A stretch of DNA of 64,000 nucleotides, from the NCBI GenBank assembly GCA_964016885.1, contig OZ024759.1, positions 20,646,001-20,710,000 on the forward strand. The letters are read 5' to 3'. Each line of letters starts with the position of its first letter. Position 1 is the first letter of the stretch. Under the pieces are notes generated by a model. It saw only the letters and a program-made list of their open reading frames with translations, made no database searches and was not told where the DNA came from. Below, piece after piece: positions 53,081 to 64,000 of the stretch. The position numbers and the translations under genes are program-made. The DNA comes from Eledone cirrhosa. Its lineage: Eukaryota.

Positions 53081-53465
53081 GGCACATGACTTAGTGGTTA
53101 GAGCATTGGGCTTGCAATTGAAAGGTTGTGAGTTCAATTCTCAGACCGGGTGATGTGTTGTTTCCTTGAGCAAGACACTTTATTTCACATTGCTCCAGTT
53201 TACTCAGCTGTAGAAATGAGATGATAGGGACTGGGGTCCCTATCATTCCACTGCAAAGTGGTCGTGTAGGTGCCACGGCAAAAAAGCACCCAGCACTCAC
53301 TGTAAATGGTGTTAGGGGGGGGCATCCAGCTGTAGAAATCAAGCCAGAATCAGTTCCTGTATGAGCAAGACAAGGTCAGCCGACTGGACACTGCCTACAA
53401 CAGGACAACCCATCTAACCCATGCTAGCATGGAAGAACGGACGTAAAACGGTGATGATGATGATG
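53081..53465 (+). mobile_element. SINE family A, full length
   Basis: A/B boxes through AACGGACGTAAAACGGTGATGATG. Confidence 0.92.
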
Positions 53466-53929
53466 GTATGTATGTATATGTATATATATATGTATATGTG
53501 TATATACATGTATATATGTATGTGTGTGTGTGTGTGTGTATATGTATGTATATATATATATGTGTCTTTGTATATATATATATATATACACAAGTATATA
53601 TACATATATACATATGCATATATTTAAGTATATATATACATTTATGTATGTATATATTTACAGTGTATGTGCATAAGCGCGCTTCTTTTTATTGCACCCC
53701 CCCCCCAAAAAAAAATAGCTCCACTGTCTCTGTATTTGACTGGGTAACTCCCTGTGTGTGTGTGTGGCCCCTTTCAGCACGTGCATGTATTTATGTGTGT
53801 ATGGGAGTAGTGTGGGTGAGAGCCAGAGATAATGAGATTGAAAAGAATATGAGAATTACTAAAAAGGGAATAAAGATCTTTATCATGTTGAAGAGAAAGA
53901 GATGACAGTTTTCTAGCCCCTATCTCTTT

Positions 53930-54680
53930 CTCTAGTTCTTTCTATCTCTCCTCTTTCTCTAGTTCTTTCCATCTCTCCTCTTTCTCTAGTTCTTTCCATC
54001 TCTCCTCTTTCTCTAGTTCTTTCCATCTCTCCTCTTTCTCTAGTTCTTTCCATCTCTCCTCTTTCTCTAGTTCCTTCTATCTTTTTCTCTAGCACCTTCT
54101 ATCTCTCTTTCTAGCACCTTCTATCTCTCTTTCTAGCACCTTCTATCTCTCTTTCTAGCACCTTCTATCTCTCTTTCTAGTCCCTTCTCTTTCTCTAGTT
54201 CATTCTATCTCCTTCTCTAGCTCCTTCTATCTCTTTCTCTATCACCTTCTATCTCTTTCTCTATCACCTTCTATCTCTCTTTCTAGTCCTTCTCCTTCTC
54301 GAGCTCCTTCTATCTCTTTCTCTATCACCTATTTCTCTGTTTAGCTCCTATCTCTCTTTCTAGGCCGCTCTTTTCCTCTGGCTCCTATCTTTCTCTCTCA
54401 AGTTCTCTTTCTAGCCCCCCCCCCCCCCCCCCCTCTCTCTAGCCCCTTCTATATATCTCTCTAACCCATATCTCTTTCTCTCTCTAGGTCTCCTTCTCTC
54501 TCTCTCTAGCTGTCTTACTTGGTTCCTCTCTCTATCTCTAGTTTTCCCTAGCTCTCTCTAGCTTTCTCTGTCTTCCTCACTCTATCTCTCTAGCTCTGTT
54601 TCTCTCTCCCTCCCTTTATCCATCTTGCTCTCTCTCCCTCCCTCCCTTTCTCTCCCTCTCTCTATCTCTCTCTCTGAGCT
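53930..54680. repeat. CT-rich minisatellites (27-bp and ~22-bp units)
   Basis: TTCTTTCCATCTCTCCTCTTTCTCTAG x5, CACCTTCTATCTCTCTTTCTAG repeats. Confidence 0.88.
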
Positions 54681-54984
54681 TTTAAGGTAAAGGTTAGTAT
54701 GTCACAGAACAAATAAAAAAAAATTAAACTATGCTATCCTATGATGTATAATAAGTATTGTAGTTGTTGTTGTTGTTGTGTTGTGAAGGCACGTGGCTTA
54801 GGGGCTAGAATGCTGGTCTTACAATTGTAAGGTCATGAGTTCAATTCCCAGACCAGGTGGCGTTTAGGGTCTTTGAGCTGACATTTTATTTCACATTTCT
54901 CCAGCTCAGGCAGCTGCAAAAAAATGAATTGCCATAACACTTTGTCTCTCCCTTAAACATTCTCATATATAATGTGTGTGTATA

Positions 54985-55034
<50 letters not shown>

Positions 55035-55931
55035 CATCATCACCATTTTACGTCCATTCTTCCACGCTAGCATGGGTTAGATGGGTTGTCATGTGTTGGT
55101 AGTGCCCGGTCGGCTGACCTTGTCTTGCTCATACGGGAACTGATTGTGGCTTGATTTCTACAGCTGGATGCCCTTCCTAACACCAACTTCATTTACAGTG
55201 AGTGCCGGGTGCTTTTTTTTCCGTGGCGCCTACACGTCCACTTTACAGTGTGGGCTGGGTGCTTTTTTTGTAAATTTCCACCAAGGCCTGTCCACTAGTA
55301 CAATGACTACGCCATATTAAAAATTAAAGCCTTCATTCTAATATTACAAATGTTCACAGTTTTGTCCAATAGTAAAGATACTATAAACATGAGAATTAAC
55401 AAACCCAATTTCAGATACTTGCTATTGTTTAGTAGGATCCACTAAATCTTGATGGATTTGTAGGGGCACTGTATTGACATAAAGCATTTCTTGGGCATTT
55501 TAGGCCTGGCTTTACCCAACCCTCTCCAGGCTTAAATACAGCAGATTTCTTCCAAAGAAGGATAGAAAGTGAGAAAATGGAAATAAGGAAGAGATATAGA
55601 AAAGAAATTTAGAAAATTGACCTCAGACTGTTACATTTTTTATCCACCTCTAAATTATGAAAGGCTAAGTTGACCTCAGTGGGATTTGAACTCAGAGAGC
55701 AGAGAACCAGAATGAATAACACAAAGCATATCCAAAGTTCAAATGATTCAGCCAATTTGTCATCTTTAAGATGCATGATATTGCAAGTAAAATGATGTTT
55801 AAGATGCTACACAAACACACACACACATATATATATACATATATATACATATATATATATAGAAAAAAAGATGAAATCGAAAATGCAACTGGAGTCTTAT
55901 TTTTTTTAAAATATATATATTTATTTGGTTC

Positions 55932-55967
55932 CTTTACCGGTTTCGCAGTTCTTCTGCTTTTCAAAAG
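55932..55967 (-). ncRNA. Minimal hammerhead, U3-A8 variant (copy 2)
   Basis: Identical to 3492-3527; lies inside fold-back element 55862-56078. Confidence 0.65.
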
Positions 55968-56342
55968 TAGAGTTGAGATGGAGGGTCTGTGGTTGTTCTC
56001 ACAGATGTGAGAAAAACCACAGACCCTCTTGCTTAAAAATAAGACTCCAGTTGCATTTTCGATATCATCTTTTTTTTCTTTTCACTTTCTAATCTATATA
56101 TATATATATATATATATGTATGTTTGTGGTGTGTTTATGAATAAATCTCGTTTAGAAAACAAAATCTGTTTGAATAATTCTGTAATTTTTCTATAATTCA
56201 AAAATAATGCCAGAAGAAAGAAAATACTGACAAACTCATAAATATGACTCTGGGGAACAAATGACAATTATTGTGATAGAAAAATATGAATTGTTGATAA
56301 AAAATATTTTATTTTATGTTGATTTGATGGTGTTTATATAAC

Positions 56343-56379
<37 letters not shown>

Positions 56380-56559
56380 TGAGAGAGAGAGAGAGAGAGA
56401 GGTGGTGGATAAATAGATAGATAGATATGTATATATAGAAGATGATGATGATATATATATGTGTGTGTATATATATATATATATACATACTCACATATAT
56501 ATGTATGTATATACAGACACACACAAGCTGAAACCACGTGGTGCCACGGACAATATTTT

Positions 56560-56622
<63 letters not shown>

Positions 56623-56666
56623 AAATTATAGATTTTATAAAGTAACCAACCAATAATGTGTGTGTG

Positions 56667-56716
<50 letters not shown>

Positions 56717-56842
56717 CACACAAATTATTGGTTGGTTACTTTATAAAATCTCTTGATAGAAGAATATAGACTTTATATATTTTGGAAATGTCTTTAAGTA
56801 AGACATTGATTTACTTTCATTGTGTTGGCTGATGATGAAGTG

Positions 56843-56895
<53 letters not shown>

Positions 56896-56897
<2 letters not shown>

Positions 56898-57085
56898 TTT
56901 GGGAGCCCCTACATGGACACACTAGAAGAGGAAGACCAAGGTTAACATATGTTGATGCCCTAAGGACAGACACTGGTCTGTTGGAGATGCAGGATATGGC
57001 AGCGATAATGAGGGACAGAGACCGCTGGAGAGAACTCGTCCATGGATCTCGGGAATTTTACCCGCCTTAGATAGATAGATAGATA
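56896..57085 (+). mobile_element. RTE-clade LINE 3' end with (TAGA)n tail
   Basis: LWEPLHGHTRRGRPRLTYVDALRTDTG...MRDRDRWRELV...PP*. Confidence 0.88.
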
Positions 57086-57143
57086 TATATCTATCTATAT
57101 ATATATATATATATGTGTGTGTGCATATGTATATATATATGGA

Positions 57144-57518
57144 GGCACATAGCTTATTGGGCTTGCAATCGAAAGGTTGTGAGTTCAATTCTCAGACCGG
57201 GTGATGTGTTGTGTCCTTGAGCAAGACACTTTATTTCACATTGCTCCAGTTTACTCAGCTGTAGAAATGAGATGATTGGACTGGGGTCCCTATCTTTCCA
57301 CTGCAAAGTGGTCGTGGAGGTGCCACAGCAAAAAAGCACCCAGCCCACACTGTAAAGTGGACGTGTAGGCGCCATGGAAAAAAAGCACCCAGCACTCACT
57401 GTAAATGAGGTTGGTGTTAGGAAGGGCATCCAGCAGTAGAAATCAAGCCAGAATCAGTTCCCATCCCACCCTTGCAAGCAGGGAAAAGTGGACGTAAAAT
57501 AATGATGATGATGATGAT
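57144..57518 (+). mobile_element. SINE family A with A-box deletion
   Basis: Colinear with 26504-26833, with one extra internal ~47-bp unit. Confidence 0.9.
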
Positions 57519-57599
57519 ATGTGTGTGTGTGTTTTCTTCTCTCTTTCCTACATGTCACCAGTTGTTATCCTAATTTTTGTATTTTTTAAACACAGGATT

Positions 57600-58115
57600 C
57601 CTTGTGGCCAAAATGGGGTTCCTCCAAAGGATCTTTGGAGTAACATTACTTGATAGGGTGCATAGCTTGGAGATCAGAGAGCCACTCCACATAGAGATGT
57701 TACTTCTCTGAATTGAGAGGTCACAACTCTGATATTACGGGAATTGGTTAGAATGTCTCAGGAAAGAATCACTGGACAGATTTTACAGGCAAAATCAGTC
57801 GGCTGGAGACCCACGGGTCGACCTAGAGGAAGATGGTTAGTTAACATCCATGAGCTCTGCTTGTTTTGCTAGGGGACAGTTGCTTCAGAAAGTACCCATT
57901 GGAAGGAGTGTTTGATGACTCTGTCCCACGACCCTCTCATGAATAAGTGAGTGAAGAAGAGGAGTTGAAATTAATGCATGCAAGATTTCACAGCTTGGGG
58001 ATCCAGCTGGATCAGTTGGAAACTGTCGCTTCTGACAAGACCAGCTGGAATGAATGTTTGAGGAGACTATGCCCCCCATGACCCCGCTCAGAAATAAGTG
58101 GGCCAAGAAGAGAAG
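57600..58115 (+). mobile_element. Decayed RTE (Expander-like) 3' fragments, two in tandem
   Basis: MGFLQRIFGVT...DRVHSLEIRE...IERSQL...RPTGRPRGRW with stops and frameshifts; second 3' end at ~57975-58115. Confidence 0.75.
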
Positions 58116-58669
58116 GTGTGTGTGTGTGTGTGTGTAACAGGGGTCTGTTTATATATCTTGGTCCTGTGTGTCTTTATATTATCCTTGGTCACTATATTGA
58201 GGTTGTTATTATTCCATTCATACCCGCCGGGGTCGATAAAATAAAGTACCAGTAATGTACTGAGTAATTGATGGCCTTGTGCCAAAAGTAGAAACAGTTA
58301 TTATTCCATTCATACTTTACATTGTTTTCGTCACCCACTTCTTTTGCTGTCCTAGTTGAAAGACACTCACTTGTTTTCCCCTGTCTCTAGGCTGTTGTGT
58401 TATCTCTTATGCATCTTTCTAGTGGTTTGTTCTAAACCATTGTACTGCCCGAATCGATCATTCCTTGAGCTGATTGGCAATGAAACATATGTAATTAGAT
58501 ATGTATATGATGCAATACTGATTCTTTGTTCTCTAATTATTATATATATATATATATATACAAACATTAATTGAATTAGAACTCAATACAGGTTGGTAGA
58601 GTGTAGAAATTTATTTTCTAAGTACAAAAGTTGCAGTGACTCTGTCTCTCTCTCTATCTCTCCCTCTAC

Positions 58670-58777
<108 letters not shown>

Positions 58778-59056
58778 TATCATTTAAAGTTTGTTTTCAT
58801 TGCTAGCAAAGGATAGAGAGAGACCTACACACATATGTGTGTATGTCTGTACTTTTGAAAAAGTCCTACATATTTCCACATTAACACCTGTCAATATATT
58901 GGACATTGTAAATGTGTAGAAAATGGAAGTGACTTAACCCTTTAGTTACCAAGCTGGCCAAAACCGGCTCTGGTTCTATGAAATAAAACCATCCATTTTA
59001 AATCAGTGAGCCTTCTAGACAGACTACCACTGAAGCTGATGAGTTCTGTCTACCCA

Positions 59057-59535
59057 ATGGGCATGATAGTAGCCCCTATATATGCCAATTTAGTCATGGG
59101 ATTCCATGAGACTTACAGCCAATTTCTACTTCTATTTGGAGACACATTTCACACTCAACTAAAAAAACAACTAGAAAACCTTGATACACTAATAGAATTC
59201 AAAAATATAATAAATAACCTCAACAGCAACATCCAATCCACAATGGAGTTTAACTCTTCAGTTACCAATCCAGCCAAAACTGGCTCTGGTTCTTTAAATT
59301 ACTGAATTAAAGTTAACCATTTTAAAGGGTACCTATTTAAATTAAAATCTTCCAACATAATTTTATATAAGAATTTTACATTAAGTTACTATTTTAGTAA
59401 TGAAATAATTAATAATTTTAATAAATCCCTCAAATTATACATTAATGAATTCAAATAGAGTGTATTTTATTAGAAAGGCAGTCATGAAGTGTTAAACTCA
59501 AGTACATATGTTATTTATAATTGGATATTTATTTG
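59057..59535 (+). mobile_element. Penelope-like reverse transcriptase remnant interrupted by a TTAA MITE (59254-59491)
   Basis: MGMIVAPIYANLVMGFHE and FKNIINNLNSNIQSTME resemble PLE RT motifs; LDI follows in frame (after one stop) once the MITE is removed. Confidence 0.7.
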
Positions 59536-61137
59536 TTCCTTAGGTTATGCATGATGAAAATATTATATTTTTGGACCTATAGAAATTGAGATGATAGAAA
59601 TCACTAGCAATAAATAAAGATAAAAGAAGAGAAACCATAATAAAACAGCCTGAGTCTCTGTCTCTATAAAAAAACTCTGAAATAGGAATTGATCTTATCT
59701 CTATCATATATCAGTCCATATCTCTTGTGAAGGTGCATGGCTTGCTGGTTAGAGCGTTGAGTTTACAATTGTGGGGTTGTGAGTTTGATTTCCAGACTGG
59801 TCTGTGCGTTGTTCTTGAGCAAGACACTTTATTTCACATTGCTCCAGTTCACTAAGCTGTCACTGGTGCCAAGCTGTATCGGCCATTACCTTTTCCTTGA
59901 ACAACATCATATATAGTGTATATATAAATATATATAATGTGTATGTGTATATATATATTTGTTGTCACATCACTGGTACCAAGCTATATCGGCCTTTGTC
60001 TTTCTCTTGAACAACATCATATATAGTGTGTGTATGGTGTATATATAGTGTACAAATGAGTTGTCATGCCACTGGTGCCAAACTGTATTTGCCATTGCCT
60101 TTCCTTTGGACAACATTGGTAGCATCGAGATTTGAGACTGGTATGCATGGGTGACTGCTGCTTTTTCACAAACAACCTTGCCTGGACTTGTGCCTTGGAT
60201 GTGAACTTGCTCAGTGCAAATCCCATGACCATTCAAGACCGAAGGGGGTTTTTACTTACATTACTTTATCCCTAATATTTAAAGTCTGAAGAGTTGTGGG
60301 TTGGTAGAATTTGTAGATCACTGTGGTATTGTTTCTGGTTCCTTACATTTAGAGTTCAAATCTTGCTCAGGTCAACCTTTTCCTTACATCCTTCTTGAGA
60401 CAATAAAATAATGTATCAGTAATTTAATGGGGGTCGATGTTGTTGACTTTCTCACCCTCTTAAATTGTTGGCTTTAAATTGTAAGCATAATAGAAGTGTA
60501 TCTGTCTTTTATTATGCTTAAATGCTGACCCATGCAAGCATGGAAAATAAGAACTGACTTGGTCTACATAGACCCATCCAACCCTTACCAGCAGGGAAAA
60601 TGGTAATTAATATGACGATGATGATATATAGTTCAAGAATAAACAAAGCAAACACAGAGATACAAAAGCACATAGAGTTGTGAGGACCCTTGAGTTGTGT
60701 CAAAGACATGATAACCTCTTTGGTGCACTTGATAGAACGTATGACCATATATAAGAGAGACACAAATCCCTGCTGGCCTGTCTGGGAGATCAGAGACTCA
60801 GCTTCAGTACTAACTTGGTCTATGTTGACCTGACTGGCCCTTGCTAACAAGGAAAGTGGATGTTAATACGGTGACGATGATGATGGTGGTGATATAATGA
60901 AGCCATAATGGAAGGAGTAAAAGATTGAAATGAAATAGAATGACGACAGAATGAAAGAATGGGAAGAATGTTGTATGTTGTGACAAAGAAGAAGTAAACT
61001 CCCCAAAGCTGTTAAATGGTGATGAAATGAATTTATTCCATGTGAGAATTGAAACTGGATTGCCATGAATTTCAATATATTTTCAATTAACTCGTCGCCA
61101 CCTCCTCCTCCTCCATCTCATATATATCTTATACACT

Positions 61138-61199
<62 letters not shown>

Positions 61200-61201
61200 C
61201 A

Positions 61202-61256
<55 letters not shown>

Positions 61257-61299
61257 ATATATATATTCATATATATATACATATGTATACATATATATA

Positions 61300-61330
<31 letters not shown>

Positions 61331-61483
61331 GGATATATATATTCATATATATATACATATGTATACATATATATCTGTATATATATATATATATTCATAT
61401 ATATATATATATATACATATGTATACATATATATATGTATATATATATATATATTCATATATATGTATATATATATATTCATA

Positions 61484-61526
<43 letters not shown>

Positions 61527-61585
61527 GTATATATATATATATATACATATGTATACATATATATGTATATATATATATTTTCATA

Positions 61586-61676
<91 letters not shown>

Positions 61677-62206
61677 GTATACATATATATATGCATATAT
61701 ATATATTCATATATATGTATATGTATACATATATATGCTTATATCTATACATATATATGCTTATATAAACATATAGTGTACATATATATATATACACATG
61801 CACATATATATACGAATGTGTATACAAACACACACACACACACACACATACATATTTGTATGTACATATGTGTGAGTGTGTGTGCGTGTTTAAATTAAAT
61901 ATATAAAAATATAGTGATGTTGACACGTATATAAATATATATACGTTTATGTATGTGTACAGACACACACACATACATACATATATGTATATATATATAT
62001 ACTTACACACACACATTATATATATAGTGTATAGACTCACACACAGACACACCATATTCACATTACTTAAAGCTATATATATCTCCGATAATTACATGGA
62101 TATCTCTGGAGAAGGACCTTCAACTAAACAGTCAACAAAAAAAACCAATCACATCATTTTTCACAATGTCTTCAGCACAACTGACTTTTCAATTGCTCTC
62201 AAGATC

Positions 62207-62825
62207 ATTATTACTATTAATTCAGAATTGGTAGAGTGTTGGGCAACATGCTTTGTGGCACTGAGGTCGATTTAATGAACTCTGTCCTCCCTACCCAAAA
62301 TTGTTGGCCTTGTGCCTAAAGTAGAAACAATTATTACTATTACTTCAGAATTGGTAGAGTGTTGGGCAACATGCTTTGTGGCACTGAGGTCGATTTAATG
62401 AACTCTGTCCTCCCTACCCAAAATTGTTGGCCTTGTGCCTAAAGTAGAAACAATTATTACTATTAATTCAGAATTGGTAGAGTGTTGGGCAACATGCTTT
62501 GTGGCACTGAGGTCGATTTAATGAACTCTGTCCTCTCTACCCAAAATTGTTGGCCTTGTGCCTAAAGTAGAAACAATTATTACTATTACTTCAGAATTGG
62601 TAGAGTGTTGGGCAACATGCTTTGTGGCACTGAGGTCGATTTAATGAACTCTGTCCTCCCTACCCAAAATTGTTGGCCTTGTGCCTAAAGTAGAAACAAT
62701 TATTACTATTACTTCAGAATTGGTAGAGTGTTGGGCAACATGCTTTGTGGCACTGAGGTCGATTTAATGAACTCTGTTCTCCCTACCCAAAATTGTTGGC
62801 CTTGTGCCTAAATCAGAAAGCATTA
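62207..62825 (+). repeat. 123-bp tandem array (5 units) of an internally deleted SINE B
   Basis: TTCAGAATTGGTAGAG at 62221, 62344, 62467, 62590, 62713; near-identical units. Confidence 0.93.
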
Positions 62826-62846
62826 TTATCTTTATTATCTTTATTA

Positions 62847-63835
62847 TAGGGCGGTGAATTGGCAGTATCGGTAGAGGGTCAGACATGCTTTCCAGCACAG
62901 TTACGTCCCTTTACGATCTGAGTTCAAATCCCGCCGAGGTTAACTTTGCCTTTCATCCTTACAGGGTCGATAAAATAAAGTACCAGTAATGCACTGGGTA
63001 ATTGCTGGCCTTGTGCCTAAAGTAGAAACAATTATCTTTATTATAGGGCGGTGAATTGGCAGTATTGGTAGAGGGTCAGACATGCTTTCCAGCACAGTTA
63101 CGTCCCTTTACGATCTGAGTTCAAATCCCGCCGAGGTTAACTTTGCCTTTCATCCTTACAGGGTCGATAAAATAAAGTACCAGTAATGCACTGGGTAATT
63201 GCTGGCCTTGTGCCTAAAGTAGAAACAATTATCTTTATTATAGGGCGGTGAATTGGCAGTATCGGTAGAGGGTCAGACATGCTTTCCAGCACAGTTACGT
63301 CCCTTTACGATCTGAGTTCAAATCCTGCCGAGGTTAACTTTGCCTTTCATCCTTACAGGGTCGATAAAATAAAGTACCAGTAATGCACTGGGTAATTGCT
63401 GGCCTTGTGACAAAAGTAGAAACAATTATTATCTTTATTATTATTATTAGGGTGGTGAGGGCGGTGAATTGGCAGTTTCGGTAGAGGGTCGGACAGAATG
63501 CTTTGCAGCAATAGAGTTACGGCTCTTTACGGTCTGAGTTAGTTCAAATTAACTTTGTCTTTCATCTTTATGGGGGTCGATAAAATAAAGTACCAGTAAT
63601 GTACTGGTGGTAATTGCTGGCCTTGTGCCAAAAGTAGAAAGAGTTATTATTAGGGCAGTGGATTGGCAGTATTGGTAGAGCGTTGGACACCATGCTTTGC
63701 AGCATAGAGTTATGACCCCTTACGTTCTGATTTCAAATCCCACCGAGGTTAGCTTTGCCTTTCATCCTTACCGGGTCGATAAAATAAAGTACCAGTAATA
63801 TACTGGGGTTGATTTAATTGACTTCCCCCAAAATT
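62847..63835 (+). mobile_element. Tandem array of five SINE family B copies (197-bp period for the first three)
   Basis: Starts at 62847, 63044, 63241, ~63459, ~63651; A and B boxes retained in most units. Confidence 0.93.
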
Positions 63836-64000
63836 GTATATGTTCCTATTCTTGTGTGTATTGAAACTGATCTTGCAGTCGATCCTGTTATTTGTTTATT
63901 TTTGTTGCATGTGTGTGTGTGATATTTCTTAAGAATGAAACAGTTCTAGTCCTGTAGAAGCCATTACTATATTAAATCTTGTATATACTCTGCTATGTAT

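Noticed and set aside
62207-63835. CRISPR-like regular array
   Set aside because: Whole units repeat with no unique spacers; units are SINE-derived; no cas genes; animal DNA. The same applies to 5043-5440, 9361-9635 and 41450-41995.

Overview
Repeat-dominated animal DNA, intergenic or deep intronic, with no recognisable intact host protein-coding gene. The SINE/RTE repertoire and microsatellite density resemble octopus (coleoid cephalopod) genomes; this assignment is from pattern recognition, not a search. Almost all ORFs in the track are translated (TA)n/(CA)n/(GGT)n repeats. Supportable features: two abundant tRNA-derived SINE families, fragments of RTE, CR1, Tx1-like and Penelope-like retroelements, piggyBac-type TTAA MITEs, a mariner remnant, a mini-Helitron, a probable solo LTR, and many minisatellites, several amplified from SINE/LINE pieces. 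The most notable hidden signal is a dispersed set of at least eight minimal type-I hammerhead-ribozyme motifs from several sequence families. They have palindromic helix III, one family has a U3-A8 compensatory core, and others have long helix-II insertions. Several sit in short fold-back elements beside (TA)n tracts, and the best-preserved copies are all on the minus strand. Also present: a TATA+Inr core promoter candidate (- strand, ~14090), candidate minus-strand exons, microsatellite-associated Tx1 insertions and an RTE-SINE chimera in two copies. All folds and alignments were done by eye; boundaries of decayed repeats are approximate.
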